Counted from the stretch's first letter, positions 10,311-21,329 are shown. The stretch is DNA of 64,000 nt from an uncultured Bacteroidales bacterium (GCA_947367315.1 CANBDX010000001.1:16305-80304), one strand, 5' to 3'. Program-made: numbers and translations. The notes: generated by a model from the sequence alone, not told the origin.

Positions 10311-10730
10311 TTAGCGCTTCCTTTTCATTTTTTTATGCGTCATCAGTATGAATTCGTCTGTCATTATCCTCTTGGCTGCCATTACATCCAGAATAGCTGC
10401 TGCCATCGGGAAAAGCATTGTCACAGAGAATACCATCTCTTCCCGGTACATGAAGAAATCCACTCCCAACCATATCTGGAATCCCGTAAGGATGAGTGCT
10501 GTCAGCATGCATACCCTGGCTTGGAGAAATCTTGTCCTGTATGTGGCTATGCTGAAGACATTGGCTGTTGTCAGCATTATGAGAAGGATCAGATATGGGG
10601 TCTTCTCATAGTATCTTATTACTTCCTCCGAGCCTTCGGGACCGATGATTGTCGCAAAGCGGCAGAAGAACATCGAGGCTATCAGTCCAGCCGAAATCGC
10701 AAGGTATAATGTCTGTATCCTTTTCCACAT
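10311..10730 (-). CDS. DUF4293-like membrane protein
   Basis: MW.RIQTLYL N-terminus, 4 TM helices, I..DE C-terminal motif. Confidence 0.7.
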   Translation of the reverse strand: MWKRIQTLYLAISAGLIASMFFCRFATIIGPEGSEEVIRYYEKTPYLILLIMLTTANVFSIATYRTRFLQARVCMLTALILTGFQIWLGVDFFMYREEMVFSVTMLFPMAAAILDVMAAKRIMTDEFILMTHKKMKRKR

Positions 10731-10841
10731 GATATCCAGAGTTTAAATGAGTGGGCAAAAATAGGAAAATTCAAACTAAAAAGCTAAATTTACACGATTA
10801 TTGCTTAGCGCAATTGTTTAACGATAACTAAAGTTATAGCC

Positions 10842-11714
10842 ATGAGAATAGCAGAATCAGAACTCATAATCAATGGTGACGGATCGGTGTTCCATCTTCA
10901 TCTCCGTCCCGAGGAACTTGCAGATAACGTGATACTTGTCGGAGACCCCGGCAGAGTGGACATGATTGCAGAATATTTCGATGAGAAGGAATTCAGACAC
11001 GAGTCCCGCGAGTTCGTGTCAGTAACAGGAAAATACAAGGGTGTCAGGATGACAGCCCTTTCGACAGGTATCGGTACTGACAACATAGACATCGTGATGA
11101 ACGAGCTTGACGCTCTTGCCAACGTGGATTTCGAAACCCGTGAGGTGAAGCCAGTCCACAGGACTCTCAATATACTCCGCATAGGCACTTCAGGAGCCAT
11201 TCAGCCGGAGATTCCTCTCGGAGCCTTCGTCTTCTCGCATATTTCTGTGGGATGTGACGGCCTTCTGAACTGGTATGCGGACCGCGACAGTATCGCCATG
11301 CTCGATATCGAGGAAGCCTTCAAGAAGCATACAGGCTGGAATAAGCATCTTCCGGATCCTTATTTCGTAAGGGCAGGAGAGAAGATGATAGAGAAATTCC
11401 GCGACTGCACATACAAGGGCATGACCATCGCGGCTTCAGGCTTCTATGGCCCTCAGGGCCGTGTCGTGCGTGTGCCGCTTGCAATGCCGGACATGATCGA
11501 TACATTCGAAAGCTTCCGTTTCGGGGAGGAGAAGGTGACGAACTTCGAGATGGAGGGATCTGCCATCGCAGGACTTGCAGCCCACCTTGGCCATAATGCC
11601 GGTACGGTATGCTGCATCATAGCACACCGCCACCATAAGGCAAGTAATCCGGATTACAAGCCTCAGGTGCGCAAGCTGATAGAGCTGTGTCTTGAGAAAC
11701 TTGCTGAAGAATAA
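10842..11714 (+). CDS. Nucleoside (uridine-type) phosphorylase
   Basis: VGDPGRV, STGIG, RIGTSG, NFEME motifs. Confidence 0.88.
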   Translation: MRIAESELIINGDGSVFHLHLRPEELADNVILVGDPGRVDMIAEYFDEKEFRHESREFVSVTGKYKGVRMTALSTGIGTDNIDIVMNELDALANVDFETREVKPVHRTLNILRIGTSGAIQPEIPLGAFVFSHISVGCDGLLNWYADRDSIAMLDIEEAFKKHTGWNKHLPDPYFVRAGEKMIEKFRDCTYKGMTIAASGFYGPQGRVVRVPLAMPDMIDTFESFRFGEEKVTNFEMEGSAIAGLAAHLGHNAGTVCCIIAHRHHKASNPDYKPQVRKLIELCLEKLAEE

Positions 11715-12677
11715 TCAGTTGCCGTAGAGCTCCTCAGGAGACTGCGGGCCGCTGCCGCCTTTGAATACGTCGGGGTCTGAAATCCAGGCCTCGACGATTC
11801 TTTTCTTCCCCAGCATCACATTCGTCTGCAGAAAATCCGTCTGGAGGTCAAGGGTGGTCTCCATGGCCATGGCTATTTCATGACCGTAATCCATGAAGTG
11901 ATACATGTTGAAGTTATATCCGAACTTCTTGAATCTTTCCACCAGCTTTCCGCCGCCGAAGAATCCAAGATGGAAGAAGCGGATCTGTTTGTATGGCACG
12001 AGGCCGTCGGCAGTGCCGTGGAGCATAAGGGTCGGGCATGGTGCGGTCTTGAAATCCACAGGACCTTCCCTTGAAAGGATTGCCCCGGCGAACGACATCA
12101 CCCCTGCATAATTGAATCCTGCCGGTAGCTCTGCCGTCCATGATGTCCTGTTCGCAATCTCATATTCTGCCTGCATCACGCTGATTGCTCCTGCAGACGA
12201 ACCGCTGACTACGATATTGTTCGGGTCCACTCCGAGCGTTCCTGCATTCTCTATAATGTATCCAGTCGCTGAGAACAGGTCTTCCACTGCCATGTGGATT
12301 GCATTGTCCAGCAAGTTCACCTGGGCTATTCCCACTTTGTCCGTGCCCTTGAGTCCCAGTCTGTAGTCTATTGAGATGATCCTGTAGCCGTTGGAAGTCA
12401 TCTGTCCGAACCATTTCATGTAGTCCTGGTCGTCTCTGGAACCTCCGACGAATCCTCCTCCGAACATGAATATCACCGTTGGCTTCTCCTTGCCCTGATA
12501 TGTGGTCATGCTGCCTTCAGCTGGTTCGTATATGTCCATATACAGCTCGCAGGTGTCCCTCTGTGCGAACATAAATGTGTAGTCAGGAGAAAGGATCTCC
12601 TGTGCTGAAATTCCTGTCGTGCCTGCCAGAGCCATCAGGCCTGCGGCTAATGATGCAAATCTATTCCTGGTCATCAT
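11715..12677 (-). CDS. Secreted alpha/beta-hydrolase (carboxylesterase-like)
   Basis: Signal peptide, FGGGF oxyanion motif, GSSAG nucleophile, HGTAD, GH. Confidence 0.8.
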   Translation of the reverse strand: MMTRNRFASLAAGLMALAGTTGISAQEILSPDYTFMFAQRDTCELYMDIYEPAEGSMTTYQGKEKPTVIFMFGGGFVGGSRDDQDYMKWFGQMTSNGYRIISIDYRLGLKGTDKVGIAQVNLLDNAIHMAVEDLFSATGYIIENAGTLGVDPNNIVVSGSSAGAISVMQAEYEIANRTSWTAELPAGFNYAGVMSFAGAILSREGPVDFKTAPCPTLMLHGTADGLVPYKQIRFFHLGFFGGGKLVERFKKFGYNFNMYHFMDYGHEIAMAMETTLDLQTDFLQTNVMLGKKRIVEAWISDPDVFKGGSGPQSPEELYGN

Positions 12678-13818
12678 GTTCTGTTATATGTCTGTCAGAT
12701 GGTATCAGCCGTCGTATAGCCTTTATCTTTCCGAAGAAGCGGAAGGCTATGACACGTACCACCGTATATGACGGGATTGCTGCAATCATAGCCAGAGGTC
12801 CGCCGATATGACCTACGATGAGCAGCACAATGAATATTTCAAGCGGCTTTGCCTTGATGCTGGTTGAGTATATCACAGGCTGATAGAGGAAATTGTCCAC
12901 AAGCTGGGTCGTGCAGAATATCGCTATCAGAATGATGGTGAATATCCAGAAGTTCACGTCAAGGCCTACCGGAGTCGTGCTGCTGTATTTCAGTACCAGG
13001 CCGAGGACTGTGCCGAGGACTCCTCCGAACAGAGGACCTACGTAAGGTATGACGTTGAGGATTCCGGTGAGGAAGGCGATTCCAAGGGCGGCGTTCATCC
13101 CGAGTCTTGCTATGAGAAGAAGGCCGAGGAAGTTCAGCAGAGCCACTCCTGTGATCTCAATGAGCACTCCGGTGAAGTATCTGGAGAGCAGGTGGCCTAT
13201 GTCGGCGATGGCCTGGGCCGCGTTGCCTTCATGCTTGTCAGGAACAATGGCTGCCACCATCGATGTGAACAGACCGTCATCCTTGATGAAGAAGAAGCTT
13301 ATAAACACCACGGAAAATATACCGATTCCAAGGTCTGTCACTATAGAAGCGGCTGAGCCTATCATGCTTGAAAATGCAGACGGGTCGAAGAGCTTGTGCA
13401 GCTCCTGCACAGCCACGACTTCTATCCTGAAGTCTGTTCCCAGCTTCGGGAAGGTGCTCATCAGAAATGCATTGAAGTCAGCCAGCGGGATGGCCACACG
13501 TCTGGCTGCATCCTCGATATTCGCGAGCGAGATGTTCTTCACTATACCGCTCACAACCGGCACTATCATGGTAAATACTGCCGTGAATATGACCATCAGT
13601 ATTATTAATGTCAGGGCTGCAAGCATCCAGTCAGGAGCCTTTCTGCCTTTGATGGTGACTTTCTGCATCATCGTCATCAGCGGCTTTCCTATAAGGGATA
13701 CCACCACTGCCAGCAGTATGTAAACAAGGACGCTCCTGAAGTACCAGCAGATTCCTCCGACGAGGGCTATTGTGGCCGCCGCAAGCGTGTATTTGGCCAG
13801 TTTTTCCGTATAATTCAT
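12661..13818 (-). CDS. AI-2E family transporter
   Basis: Polytopic membrane protein with IPYVGP and Q.VDN...P motifs. Confidence 0.85.
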   Translation of the reverse strand: MNYTEKLAKYTLAAATIALVGGICWYFRSVLVYILLAVVVSLIGKPLMTMMQKVTIKGRKAPDWMLAALTLIILMVIFTAVFTMIVPVVSGIVKNISLANIEDAARRVAIPLADFNAFLMSTFPKLGTDFRIEVVAVQELHKLFDPSAFSSMIGSAASIVTDLGIGIFSVVFISFFFIKDDGLFTSMVAAIVPDKHEGNAAQAIADIGHLLSRYFTGVLIEITGVALLNFLGLLLIARLGMNAALGIAFLTGILNVIPYVGPLFGGVLGTVLGLVLKYSSTTPVGLDVNFWIFTIILIAIFCTTQLVDNFLYQPVIYSTSIKAKPLEIFIVLLIVGHIGGPLAMIAAIPSYTVVRVIAFRFFGKIKAIRRLIPSDRHITEHDDQE

Positions 13819-13945
13819 GTCCAGATCCGGTTATTTGTCTTCAAAATTAGTCTTTTTTTGCAAAAATCGCCGCTTTTTACGGCTTGTGCTATAGGTTGGC
13901 ACAATGTGGGTCTACCTTTGCATCAAACATTAAAACAACGGCATT

Positions 13946-14068
13946 ATGAATACAGATAACACATTCGCTTACATCAGTTCGATGCTTTCTTCCGAGTCTT
14001 CATTATCAACCCTTATGGGTATGATTGACGATATGGGGCTTGAAGTGATGGACGTCAGCCTTTCGTAG
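13946..14068 (+). CDS. Putative 40-aa small protein MNTDNTFAYISSMLSSESSLSTLMGMIDDMGLEVMDVSLS
   Basis: Hand-translated; preceded by TACCTTTG (13913-13920) and an A-rich leader; fills the gap and stops 1 bp from the convergent clp gene stop. Confidence 0.5.
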   Translation: MNTDNTFAYISSMLSSESSLSTLMGMIDDMGLEVMDVSLS

Positions 14069-14069
14069 C

Positions 14070-16391
14070 TTATTTCCACTCCACGACCGTGCTCTCCTTG
14101 TCCTTTGACAGACTCACGCGGAGTGTGGCCCCTGAATGGCTGTCTCCGGCCATGCGGTCTGCGATGATCTGTTCGGACACAGGGTCCTCGATGTGTCTCT
14201 GAACGGCACGCTTGAGAGGTCTCGCGCCATAGCTCGGGTCGTATCCGGCATCTGCCACGAATCTCTTTGCGGATGGAGTGACATTGAGGTTGAATCCTGC
14301 CTCGCTTACCCTCTGCTTGAGCCCCTTCAGCTCGATGTCGATGATCCTTTCAATATCTTCCTTGTCGAGTGCCCTGAAGAATACCTGTTCATCCACACGG
14401 TTGATGAATTCCGGAGGGAAAGCCTTTCTGACAGCCTTTTCGAGAATGGTCTTCCTGCTGGTGCGCAGATTCTTTCCGGCTGTGTTGAATCCCACTCCGC
14501 TGCCATATTCGTCCAGTTCGCGGCTACCTACATTCGAGGTCATGATCACTATGGTGTTGCGGAAACTTATGGTCCTTCCGTTGCTGTCCGTCAGCCGTCC
14601 TTCGTCCATCACCTGGAGAAGCAGGTTGAATACATCCGGATGCGCTTTCTCTATCTCGTCCAGCAGCACGACGCAATAAGGCTTGCGTCTTACCCTTTCG
14701 CTGAGCTGGCCTCCGTCCTCGAATCCGACATATCCCGGAGGGGCTCCGATGAGTCTTGAAACATTGAACTTCTCCATATATTCGCTCATGTCGAGCCTGA
14801 TCATGTTCTCCTCCGAGTCGAAGAGATATTCGGCCAGTGACTTTGCCAGCTGGGTCTTTCCGACTCCCGTAGGTCCGAAGAATATGAATGTGCCAATAGG
14901 CTTGCCCGGGTCCTTGATGCCTGCCCTGTTGCGCTGGATTGCGCGCACTACCTTCTCGATGGCTTCATCCTGTCCTATGATGCGTTCCTGAAGCTTCTGC
15001 CGCATCTTCATCAGCTTCCCGCCTTCGCTTTCCGCCACTCTTCCCGACGGTATTCCCGTCATCTTGGATATTACCTTCGCCACATCTTCTGCCGTAACCC
15101 TTCCCGTCTTCTTGGGGTTCTTGAGCCTTACCATCGAACCGGCCTCGTCCATGGCGTCTATGGCCTTGTCCGGAAGACATCTGTCTGTGATGTATCTGTC
15201 TGACATTCTTACACATGCGTCGATTGCTTCCTCTGTGTAGATCACGTTGTGATGCTTCTCGTAATTGGTCTTGAGCCTGCGCAGGATAGATGCCGTGTGA
15301 GGTATGTCCGTATGTTCCACCACAATCTTCTGGAATCTCCTGTCGAGGGCTCCGTCCTTTTCCACATTCTTCCTGAATTCATCGAGTGTGGTGGCTCCGA
15401 TGCACTGGATGTCTCCGCGTGCCAGGGCGGGCTTGAGCATATTGGCCGCGTCAAGGCTGCCGGAAGCACCTCCTGCTCCGACAATTGTGTGGAATTCGTC
15501 TATAAACAGTATCACGTCCGGACTTTCGGATACTTCCTTTATGATTGCCTTGAGTCTCTTCTCGAAGTCTCCGCGGTATTTCGTGCCGGCCACTATCGAA
15601 CCCAGGTCAAGCGAAATAAGCCTCTTTCCGGCAAGTACGGCGGGTACGTCGTCATTCACGATCTTAAGCGCTATGCCTTCTACGATAGCCGACTTTCCGA
15701 CTCCAGGATCCCCTACAAGCATTGGATTGTTCTTCCTCCTCCTGCCGAGAATCTGGATGACTCTCTGGATTTCATCCTCACGTCCCACAAGCGGGTCAAG
15801 ACGTCCTTCGCGTGCTGCCTGGGTGATGTCGTATCCGAATTCCTTCAGCGGCGATACCTGTTCTTCCTCCTTCTTCTCCTCCGCCGGCCTTATATGTATT
15901 TCGGCGTTCAGACCGTCCTGCTGCGCATCTTCCTCCTCTTCACCGCGTTCGAGCATGTGGTTGCGGTCCATGTATCTGAATATGTATCCGTAGTCGATTC
16001 CGTTGTCCCTGAGATATGATGATCCGTACGAACCGGCTGCACGGCAGAGCGCAAGCAGCAGATGTTCGGGTCCCGCCTCCCTGCACCTGAGTTTTGTGGC
16101 CTCGAGAATCGTGAAGCTCAGCACATTCTGGGCGCCTCGTGAAAACGAGATATTGTCTATTTCGGAGTAGGGGATGTGTTCGTTGGTGAATATGTGGCTG
16201 TCGATGAACTGCTTCATCTCCTCTATGTCCGTGCCGGTGCCCACGAGGGCATCGACTGCGGAGTTCTCCCTGTGGCGAAGGATGGCAAGTAAAAGGTGGT
16301 CCGGAGCTATGCCGTAGCTGCCGGTCCTCATGGCCTCTTCACGTGAATAGTTTATGATGGAATTGAGTTGGTCTGATATGCGGATTTCCAT
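14070..16391 (-). CDS. clpC: ATP-dependent Clp protease ATP-binding subunit (ClpC-like, no middle domain)
   Basis: Clp N-domain, two AAA+ modules (GDPGVGKS, GPTGVGKT), GTKYRG and GYVG pore loops, VGF ClpP-docking loop. Start at ATG 16391. Confidence 0.88.
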   Translation of the reverse strand: MEIRISDQLNSIINYSREEAMRTGSYGIAPDHLLLAILRHRENSAVDALVGTGTDIEEMKQFIDSHIFTNEHIPYSEIDNISFSRGAQNVLSFTILEATKLRCREAGPEHLLLALCRAAGSYGSSYLRDNGIDYGYIFRYMDRNHMLERGEEEEDAQQDGLNAEIHIRPAEEKKEEEQVSPLKEFGYDITQAAREGRLDPLVGREDEIQRVIQILGRRRKNNPMLVGDPGVGKSAIVEGIALKIVNDDVPAVLAGKRLISLDLGSIVAGTKYRGDFEKRLKAIIKEVSESPDVILFIDEFHTIVGAGGASGSLDAANMLKPALARGDIQCIGATTLDEFRKNVEKDGALDRRFQKIVVEHTDIPHTASILRRLKTNYEKHHNVIYTEEAIDACVRMSDRYITDRCLPDKAIDAMDEAGSMVRLKNPKKTGRVTAEDVAKVISKMTGIPSGRVAESEGGKLMKMRQKLQERIIGQDEAIEKVVRAIQRNRAGIKDPGKPIGTFIFFGPTGVGKTQLAKSLAEYLFDSEENMIRLDMSEYMEKFNVSRLIGAPPGYVGFEDGGQLSERVRRKPYCVVLLDEIEKAHPDVFNLLLQVMDEGRLTDSNGRTISFRNTIVIMTSNVGSRELDEYGSGVGFNTAGKNLRTSRKTILEKAVRKAFPPEFINRVDEQVFFRALDKEDIERIIDIELKGLKQRVSEAGFNLNVTPSAKRFVADAGYDPSYGARPLKRAVQRHIEDPVSEQIIADRMAGDSHSGATLRVSLSKDKESTVVEWK

Positions 16392-16414
16392 AATAATTCT
16401 CGATATTAATTGCA

Positions 16415-16442
16415 CAAAATTACTAAATTTTTTGTAACTTTG
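16415..16442. promoter_or_regulatory. Divergent -7 boxes for clp (TAATTTTG, minus) and gyrA (TAACTTTG, plus)
   Basis: TAnnTTTG matches on both strands. Confidence 0.6.
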
Positions 16443-16482
16443 CCAAGATGTAAAAAGAAGTATAAAAAGAGAAATTTTATAT

Positions 16483-19005
16483 ATGGAAAATGAAGTAAAG
16501 ACAGGCAGGATCGAGCAGGTGAACATAGACCAGCAGATGAGGAGTGCGTATATCGACTACTCCATGTCTGTAATCGTGTCGCGAGCTCTTCCTGATGTGC
16601 GTGACGGTTTCAAGCCGGTTCACAGAAGAGTGCTCTTCGGAATGGACGGGCTGGGACTAAGACATACAAGCCAGACGAAGAAGTCGGCCCGTATCGTCGG
16701 TGAGGTGCTTGGTAAGTATCATCCTCACGGTGACTTAAGCGTATATGATGCGATGGCCAGGATGGCTCAGGACTGGAGTCTGAGGTATCCGCTGGTGTTC
16801 GGTCAGGGTAACTTCGGATCCATGGACGGCGACCCTGTGGCTGCCATGCGTTATACCGAAGCCAAGCTCTCGAAGCTTTCCGATGAGGTTCTTGCTGACC
16901 TCGAGAAGGATACGGTCGATTTTCAGAACAACTTCGACGATTCTCTCCAGGAGCCAACCGTGCTGCCTACGAAGGTTCCTCTTCTTCTTCTGAACGGATC
17001 TTCCGGAATCGCCGTAGGTATGGCTACAAATATGGCTCCGCACAACCTTTCCGAGTGCTGCGACGCCATCTGTGCATATATCGACAATCCTGAAATCACT
17101 GTCGAGGAACTGATGCACTATGTCAAGGGGCCTGATTTTCCTACCGGAGGTATCATTCAGGGCCGTCAGGGCATCAAGGATGCGTTCGAGACCGGTCGTG
17201 GCCGTATCGTTATCCGTTCGAAGACGGAAATCGAAGTGAGTGATTCCGGCCGCGAGACCATCGTTGTGACCGAGATACCTTATATGGTGAACAAGCGCGA
17301 GATGATAGAGAAGATCGCAGAGCTTGTCGAGAACAAGAAGATCGAGGGTATCGCATATATCAATGACGAGACCACCATGAAGGGTGTGCGTATCGTCATA
17401 CGTCTGAAGAAGGACGCCAATTCGAATGTGGTGCTCAACACGCTCTTCAAATACACTCCGCTTCAGTCGAGCTTCTCGGTGAACAACGTGGCTCTGGTGA
17501 ACGGACGTCCGCGTACTCTTAATCTCAAGGACCTCATCAAGTATTTCGTGAAGCATCGTCATGAGGTTGTCCTCCGCAGGACTAGATTTGACCTTGACAA
17601 GGCTCAGAAGAGGGCCCATATCCTTGAGGGACTCCTCAAGGCGCTTGACGTGATCGATGAGATCATCAGGATCATCCGTGCGTCGAAGAGCGTCGAGGAT
17701 GCGAAGAGCGAGCTCATCGCTGCATTTGATTTCTCAGAGGCTCAGGCAACGGCAATCGTGGAGATGAGGCTCCGCCAGCTTACTGGTCTTGAAAGGGAGA
17801 AGCTCCAGAACGAGTACGACGAACTCATGAAGTTCATCCGCTACTGCGAGGATGTCCTTGCAAACGAGAGCCTCCAGTTAGGCATCATCAAGGATGAGAC
17901 GATGGAGATGAAGGAGAAATACGGCGACGATCGCAGGACTGAAATCGCTCTCTCTGCCGAGGAGTTCAATCCGGAGGACTTCTATCCTGACGAGGATGTG
18001 GTGATCACCATTTCTCATCTCGGATACATCAAGAGGACTTCGCTTTCCGAGTATCGTCTCCAGAACAGGGGCGGCGTCGGAATGAAGGGAAGCGCCACAC
18101 GTGATGAGGACTTCATAGAACATATCTATGTGGCCAACATGCACAGCACCATGCTCCTCTTCACCCAGAACGGCAAGTGCTACTGGCTCAAGGTATATGA
18201 GATTCCTGAAGGTTCGCGTGCTTCCAAGGGACGTGCAATCCAGAATGTCATCAATATCGAGCCTGATGACAAGATCAAGGCATATCTCAATGTGAAGAAC
18301 CTCAGGGACGAGGATTACATCAATAATAATTATATCGTCCTCGGTACAAAGAAGGGTATAATCAAGAAGACTTCTCTCGAGGCATATTCGCGTCCTCGTA
18401 CCAATGGAGTCATCGCCATAACTGTCCGCGACGGAGACGAGCTCCTCGAGGCAGTGATGACAAACGGAAGCAGCGAGATTCTTCTTGCAGGCCGCAAGGG
18501 ACGTTGCTGCCGCTTCGACGAGACCGATGCAAGGGCTCTTGGACGAACTGCATCAGGTGTCCGCGGTATAAATATTGATGAGGATGACGAGGTAGTAGGA
18601 ATGATAACCTTTGATCCGGCTGCAGAAGATGCGGCTGACCACTCTATATTGGTTGTCAGTGAGCATGGATATGGTAAGCGCTCGGATTTTGACGAATACC
18701 GCAAGACAAACCGCGGCGGTAAGGGTGTCAAGACGCTCAACATCACCGAGAAGACAGGTTCGCTTGTCGCAATCAAGAATGTGACAGATGAGAATGACCT
18801 TATGATCATAAACCGTTCAGGACTCACCATCAGAATGGCAGTGTCAGGCATCAAGCTGGCCGGCCGTGCTACCCAGGGTGTGCGTCTGATCAATATCAAG
18901 GACGGTGACTCCATAGCTGCTGTCTCGGCTGTGAACAAGACCGAGGATGATGCTCCGCAGCAGCCTGTGGAAGGTCAGGAAAACTTAGAACAGAACAACG
19001 AATAA
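16483..19005 (+). CDS. gyrA: DNA gyrase subunit A
   Basis: [22 protein letters not shown] catalytic Tyr, GyrA-box QNRGGVG, beta-pinwheel repeats. Confidence 0.97.
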   Translation: MENEVKTGRIEQVNIDQQMRSAYIDYSMSVIVSRALPDVRDGFKPVHRRVLFGMDGLGLRHTSQTKKSARIVGEVLGKYHPHGDLSVYDAMARMAQDWSLRYPLVFGQGNFGSMDGDPVAAMRYTEAKLSKLSDEVLADLEKDTVDFQNNFDDSLQEPTVLPTKVPLLLLNGSSGIAVGMATNMAPHNLSECCDAICAYIDNPEITVEELMHYVKGPDFPTGGIIQGRQGIKDAFETGRGRIVIRSKTEIEVSDSGRETIVVTEIPYMVNKREMIEKIAELVENKKIEGIAYINDETTMKGVRIVIRLKKDANSNVVLNTLFKYTPLQSSFSVNNVALVNGRPRTLNLKDLIKYFVKHRHEVVLRRTRFDLDKAQKRAHILEGLLKALDVIDEIIRIIRASKSVEDAKSELIAAFDFSEAQATAIVEMRLRQLTGLEREKLQNEYDELMKFIRYCEDVLANESLQLGIIKDETMEMKEKYGDDRRTEIALSAEEFNPEDFYPDEDVVITISHLGYIKRTSLSEYRLQNRGGVGMKGSATRDEDFIEHIYVANMHSTMLLFTQNGKCYWLKVYEIPEGSRASKGRAIQNVINIEPDDKIKAYLNVKNLRDEDYINNNYIVLGTKKGIIKKTSLEAYSRPRTNGVIAITVRDGDELLEAVMTNGSSEILLAGRKGRCCRFDETDARALGRTASGVRGINIDEDDEVVGMITFDPAAEDAADHSILVVSEHGYGKRSDFDEYRKTNRGGKGVKTLNITEKTGSLVAIKNVTDENDLMIINRSGLTIRMAVSGIKLAGRATQGVRLINIKDGDSIAAVSAVNKTEDDAPQQPVEGQENLEQNNE

Positions 19006-19026
19006 ATAACTTAATACCAACACATT

Positions 19027-20379
19027 ATGAAAAGAATACTTATCGCATTGGCAGTGCTTTTTTCTGTACAGCTGGCTGATGCACAGGTGACTCCGGATGC
19101 TGCAAGAAAGGCTTTGGACAAGGCAATTGAGGCAACCAGAAATGAGAAGAAGGCGGCGAAGCCTGATACATGGCTCAAGCTTGCAGCTGCTTACATGGAT
19201 GCGTATAACGCACCAATGGCTTCTGCATGGATCGGTGCTCAGAGACAGGAACTTCAGCTCATCATGAAGGGCCAGAAGCCACGTTCTGTAGAGTCTGTAG
19301 TTCTTGGCGGCGAGCCATGCACAAAGGAGGTTTATGCTGACAAGGAATTTTACTTCAACCAGAACGGACAGCTTGTGCTCATCAACGTGACCAGGCCTGT
19401 CGTGAAGGACGCTCTTGACGGTGCTCTCTCGGCTTACAAGAAAGCATGGGAAGTTGATGTAAAGCAGTCAAAGGCAAAGAAGATTGCTGCAGAACTTGAT
19501 GTCCTCGCAAAGAAATATCTGGATGAGGGAATGAACAGCTACATGTTCGAGAACTATGCAGAAGCAAGCCAGAAGTTCGAGAAGGCGGCTGAGGCTGCAG
19601 GATCGGCACCTCTAGGCAAGGTGGATTCAACTGCCATCTACAATGCAGGATTCACTGCGTGGATGGTGAAGGACTACCCAAGGGCAAAGGCATTCTTCGA
19701 AAAGTGTCTCGCTGTGAATTACTATTATGAGGACGGTGAGGTGTTTGCCAAGCTTGCTGACGTGAACAAGAACCTCGGTGATGCAGATGGTGCAAGAGTA
19801 GCTCTTGAGAATGGTTTCACAATGTTCCCTCAGAGCCAGAGCATCCTTATCGGTCTCATCAACTACTATGTGGAGAGCGGCAGCAACACAGACCGTCTCT
19901 TTGTCCTTATCGATGAGGCAAAGCGCAATGAGCCGAACAATGCATCTCTTTACTATGTAGAGGGTAATATCTACAACGAACTCCGTCAGAAGGAGGCGGA
20001 TCCAGCAAAGGCTGAGGAGCTTCTTGGCAAGGCTGTTGCTGCCTACGACGCATGCTCGGGTATCGACGCTTCATATGCATTCGGTCATATCGGAAAGGGA
20101 GTGATGTTCTACAACATCGCTATCGACCTTCAGGAGAAGGCTGCAAACGAGCTTGATGACAAGAAATGGATGGCGCTTACCGAGCAGTTCGAAGCAGCTC
20201 TCATGAATGCTCTTGATCCGTTCGAGAAGGCATATGCTGCTTCAACCGACAATGCTCTGAAGGTGAATATCGCAGAGTATCTGAAGAATATCTACTACCG
20301 TTTCAGCTCAAAGGGTGCAGAGTACGAGCAGGGCTATAACAAGTACAACACAATCGTAAAGGAAGGAAAGGCTCTCTAG
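19027..20379 (+). CDS. Secreted tetratricopeptide-repeat protein
   Basis: Signal peptide and helical TPR-like repeats; commonly found downstream of gyrA in Bacteroidetes. Confidence 0.75.
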   Translation: MKRILIALAVLFSVQLADAQVTPDAARKALDKAIEATRNEKKAAKPDTWLKLAAAYMDAYNAPMASAWIGAQRQELQLIMKGQKPRSVESVVLGGEPCTKEVYADKEFYFNQNGQLVLINVTRPVVKDALDGALSAYKKAWEVDVKQSKAKKIAAELDVLAKKYLDEGMNSYMFENYAEASQKFEKAAEAAGSAPLGKVDSTAIYNAGFTAWMVKDYPRAKAFFEKCLAVNYYYEDGEVFAKLADVNKNLGDADGARVALENGFTMFPQSQSILIGLINYYVESGSNTDRLFVLIDEAKRNEPNNASLYYVEGNIYNELRQKEADPAKAEELLGKAVAAYDACSGIDASYAFGHIGKGVMFYNIAIDLQEKAANELDDKKWMALTEQFEAALMNALDPFEKAYAASTDNALKVNIAEYLKNIYYRFSSKGAEYEQGYNKYNTIVKEGKAL

Positions 20380-21329
20380 CCTTCCTTTCCTTCGGCCTTT
20401 TCGAAGGCCTTGACGATTTTCGATACGAGAGGGTGTCTCACTATGTCTTCGTTCTTGAAGATGATGGTGCTGACACCCTTTATGTTTCTGGTCAGTTCGA
20501 TGCCTTTGATAAGCCCGGAATCCTTCTTGTTCGGGAGGTCTATCTGGCTGGCGTCACCTGTGACTATGAATTTGGCGTCGCATCCCATACGCGTAAGAAA
20601 CATCTTCAACTGTCCGAGGTTGGTATTCTGGGCCTCGTCGAGGATCACGCACGCCCTGTCGAGTGTGCGTCCTCGCATATATGCAAGCGGTGCGATCTGT
20701 ATGGTGCCTTCCGCCATGAACTCCTGAAGTCTTTTAGCAGGAATCATGTCTCCAAGTGCATCATATAGCGGCTGGAGGTATGGGTCAAGCTTGTCCTTCA
20801 GGTCTCCGGGAAGGAAGCCCAGGCGTTCTCCTGCTTCCACTGCGGGACGCGTGAGAATAATTCGTTTTATCTCCCTGTTCTTAAGCGCTCTGACGGCAAG
20901 AGCAATTGCTATATATGTCTTTCCTGTTCCGGCTGGTCCGACTGCGAAGATGAGGTCGTTTTCGAAATATGCCTTCACCATTTCCTGCTGTGTCCTGTTC
21001 CTTGCCTTTATGGGCTTTCCGTCGTTTCCATGCACTATCACGGATTCTCCGCTGATCTTATATCTGTCAGGAGTGCACTCGCCGTCGAATATGTCTTCCA
21101 CATCATAAGGTGTTATGTTCATCTTGTGCTGCCTGCGTACGATTAGCATATTCAGCTTGGCTGTGAACTCTTCGATGTCCTTGTCCTGTCCCTCCAGGAT
21201 GATTTCATTACCCCTTGCAACTACTTTCAGTTCAGGGAAATAGCTGCATAGTGCCTCAAGGTTCCTGTTTGCCGCTCCGTAGATTTCGAGCGGGTCGATA
21301 GCTTCAAGTCTGATAGTGTTTCTGCTCAT
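20376..21329 (-). CDS. phoH: PhoH-like ATPase (YbeZ)
   Basis: GPAGTGKT, RPAVEAGE.LGFLPG, RGRT, DEAQN, VRHPLV. Confidence 0.92.
   Translation of the reverse strand: MSRNTIRLEAIDPLEIYGAANRNLEALCSYFPELKVVARGNEIILEGQDKDIEEFTAKLNMLIVRRQHKMNITPYDVEDIFDGECTPDRYKISGESVIVHGNDGKPIKARNRTQQEMVKAYFENDLIFAVGPAGTGKTYIAIALAVRALKNREIKRIILTRPAVEAGERLGFLPGDLKDKLDPYLQPLYDALGDMIPAKRLQEFMAEGTIQIAPLAYMRGRTLDRACVILDEAQNTNLGQLKMFLTRMGCDAKFIVTGDASQIDLPNKKDSGLIKGIELTRNIKGVSTIIFKNEDIVRHPLVSKIVKAFEKAEGKEG

Noticed and set aside
13896..13912. Sigma54 -24 element (TTGGCAC)
   Set aside because: No TTGC at the -12 position; the TAnnTTTG box explains the promoter
16392..16526. N-terminal extension of the Clp ORF as given in the ORF track
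   Set aside because: It overlaps the gyrA start and both promoters; ATG 16391 fits the family start
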